This document shows, in pieces, positions 36,233 through 37,881 of a stretch of 37,881 nt of DNA; the first letter of the stretch is position 1, and each line of letters begins with the position of its first letter. Source of the DNA: Elusimicrobiota bacterium (GTDB taxonomy: Bacteria; Elusimicrobiota; Elusimicrobia; F11); assembly GCA_046153645.1 (NCBI GenBank), contig JBJXGI010000017.1, forward strand, positions 1-37,881, written 5' to 3'. The notes under the pieces were generated by a model, which had not been told where the DNA came from, made no database searches, and saw nothing but the letters and a program-made list of their open reading frames with translations. A program made the translations under genes and the position numbers.

Positions 36233-37638
36233 TATTTATACTCCCAGTTTCTGATATCGGTAAAACTTCCTTTAATAGCAGCAGCTGCGGCCATGGCAGG
36301 GCTTACCAAATGAGTTCGACCGCCTTTGCCTTGTCGGCCTTCAAAATTTCGGTTGCTGGTGCTGGCGCAGCGTTCACCCGGAACTAAAATGTCTTCATTC
36401 ATTCCCAAACACATGCTGCATCCTGACTCACGCCACTCAAAACCTGCTTCAATAAAAGTTTTATCTAGGCCTTCTTTTTCAGCATCAGCTTTTACCCATT
36501 GAGAACCAGGTACAATCATGGCTCTTACAGTGGAAGACACTTTGTACCCTTTAACAACCTTTGCTGCGGCGCGCAAATCACTTAAACGTCCATTTGTGCA
36601 ACTGCCAATGAACACACGATCAATTTTTAATCCCTCGATGGGTTGTTTGGGCTCAAGCCCCATATAAGCAAGAGCTTTTTCAAAAGTGTGTTTTAGATTG
36701 GGGTCTTTAATAGAGGCTAAATCAGGGGTGTGTCCTTTGATGTTTGAGCCCATGCCAGGACTTGTTCCCCAAGTCACTTGGGGGAGAATGTCAGCGGCAA
36801 TCAGTTCAACCACTTTATCGTATTGGGCGCCTGGGTCAGTTGTTAATTTTTTCCAGCTCTCAACGGCTTTTTCAAAAGCTTCACCTTTGGGCGCGCGAGG
36901 GCGGGACTTCACATAATTAAATGTTGTTTCATCTGGAGAAATAAGTCCGGCTCGAGCTCCGGCTTCAATAGACATGTTACAAACTGTCATTCGTTCTTCC
37001 ATTGTAAATGACTTGATGCATTCTCCGGTGTATTCAATAACATATCCGGTGGCACCATCTGTTCCTATTTTTTCTATAACGGCTAGCGTGACATCTTTGG
37101 CCGTAATGCCATGAGGAAGTTGCCCTTTGATATTGACCTGCATGGTTTTGGGTTTAAATTGTTGTAAGCATTGGGTGGCAAGTACATGCTCAACTTCGCT
37201 TGTGCCAATTCCGAAAGCAAGGGCTCCAAAAGCACCGTGAGTGGAAGTGTGACTATCACCGCAAACCATGGTTTTCCCTGGTTGAGTAATTCCGAGTTCT
37301 GGTCCAATAATATGGACAATTCCTGAATTGGGGTGTTTCATATTGAAACACTCAATTCCAAATTCTTTGCAATTGTTTTCAAGAGTATCAATTGCTTTTT
37401 TAGAATTTGGATCACTGACAGGAAGAGAACGATCAGTGGTGGGAATATTATGATCCATGGTTGCCAAAGTTAAATGGGGTTTTCGAACTTTACGTTTGTT
37501 TAGTCGAAGTCCATCAAAAGCTTGGGCACTGGTGACTTCATGAATGAGATGTTGGTCGATATAAATAACGGATGCTTTTCCAGGTTCTTCCATAACAATA
37601 TGGTTGTCCCAGATTTTTTCAATGATCGTTTTTGCCAT
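36232..37638 (-). CDS. leuC: 3-isopropylmalate dehydratase large subunit
   Basis: [35 protein letters not shown] and [12 protein letters not shown]. Confidence 0.99.
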   Translation of the reverse strand: MAKTIIEKIWDNHIVMEEPGKASVIYIDQHLIHEVTSAQAFDGLRLNKRKVRKPHLTLATMDHNIPTTDRSLPVSDPNSKKAIDTLENNCKEFGIECFNMKHPNSGIVHIIGPELGITQPGKTMVCGDSHTSTHGAFGALAFGIGTSEVEHVLATQCLQQFKPKTMQVNIKGQLPHGITAKDVTLAVIEKIGTDGATGYVIEYTGECIKSFTMEERMTVCNMSIEAGARAGLISPDETTFNYVKSRPRAPKGEAFEKAVESWKKLTTDPGAQYDKVVELIAADILPQVTWGTSPGMGSNIKGHTPDLASIKDPNLKHTFEKALAYMGLEPKQPIEGLKIDRVFIGSCTNGRLSDLRAAAKVVKGYKVSSTVRAMIVPGSQWVKADAEKEGLDKTFIEAGFEWRESGCSMCLGMNEDILVPGERCASTSNRNFEGRQGKGGRTHLVSPAMAAAAAIKGSFTDIRNWEYK

Positions 37639-37716
37639 AGCAGTAATCCTTTATAAATTAAAGCGCTTTCCCTTGATAGGTTGGAGTTTCACTTCCGAGG
37701 AAAAAAGCAGGACCCT

Positions 37717-37745
37717 ATAATACTCAACCTAAACAAAAATTGCCA
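37717..37745 (-). promoter_or_regulatory. Putative sigma70 promoter for leuCD (TGGCAA-N17-TATTAT)
   Basis: The hexamers lie on the minus strand at 37745-37740 and 37722-37717, about 80 nt upstream of the leuC ATG. Confidence 0.4.
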
Positions 37746-37881
37746 TACGAAATTGAGCATATTCCAATCCAAGAATGAGCCTCAAATAAGAATCAAGCCG
37801 TGCGTCGTAGAAATCAAGTTGTACCGAGAGAAGAAAAGAGTTTTTCTTTAGCTTTGAGCATCTGAGATGCGAAATGGTGAT

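Noticed and set aside
37746..37881. Possible 3' end of an upstream minus-strand gene
   Set aside because: Only short open frames with no recognisable motif are visible, so the frame cannot be assigned.

Overview
Bacterial chromosomal window, AT-rich, in three parts. (1) Positions 1-17134 hold the 3' end of a giant gene. The frame is open from position 2, so at least 5710 aa are visible and the true start lies upstream. It encodes nine exact 227-aa tandem repeats, then degenerate repeats with a helical HExxH-bearing insert, then nine cryptic ~70-aa beta-rich YD/RHS-like repeats. After an RHS-core-like junction comes a ~1290-aa charged C-terminal region ending in a JAB/MPN (JAMM)-like metal-binding motif. 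An RHH-RelE type II toxin-antitoxin pair follows directly. (2) Positions 17726-23783 are signalling genes: an OmpR-family regulator with a HAMP histidine kinase, and a divergent REC-GGDEF / PilB-GspE ATPase / GAF-HD-GYP cluster whose c-di-GMP-related motifs all look degenerate. (3) Positions 23945-37881 are mostly housekeeping: rpsB-tsf-pyrH-frr-uppS-cdsA-dxr-rseP-proS, a gluzincin-like peptidase, a PuuD-like membrane protein, two small exported proteins, an ICMT-family methyltransferase and leuCD. I saw no rRNA, tRNA, CRISPR array or transposase. The best candidate for an undescribed system is the giant repeat protein, possibly an exported adhesin or polymorphic-toxin-like carrier with a JAB-like cargo. 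All domain calls come from reading motifs by eye, not from database searches.
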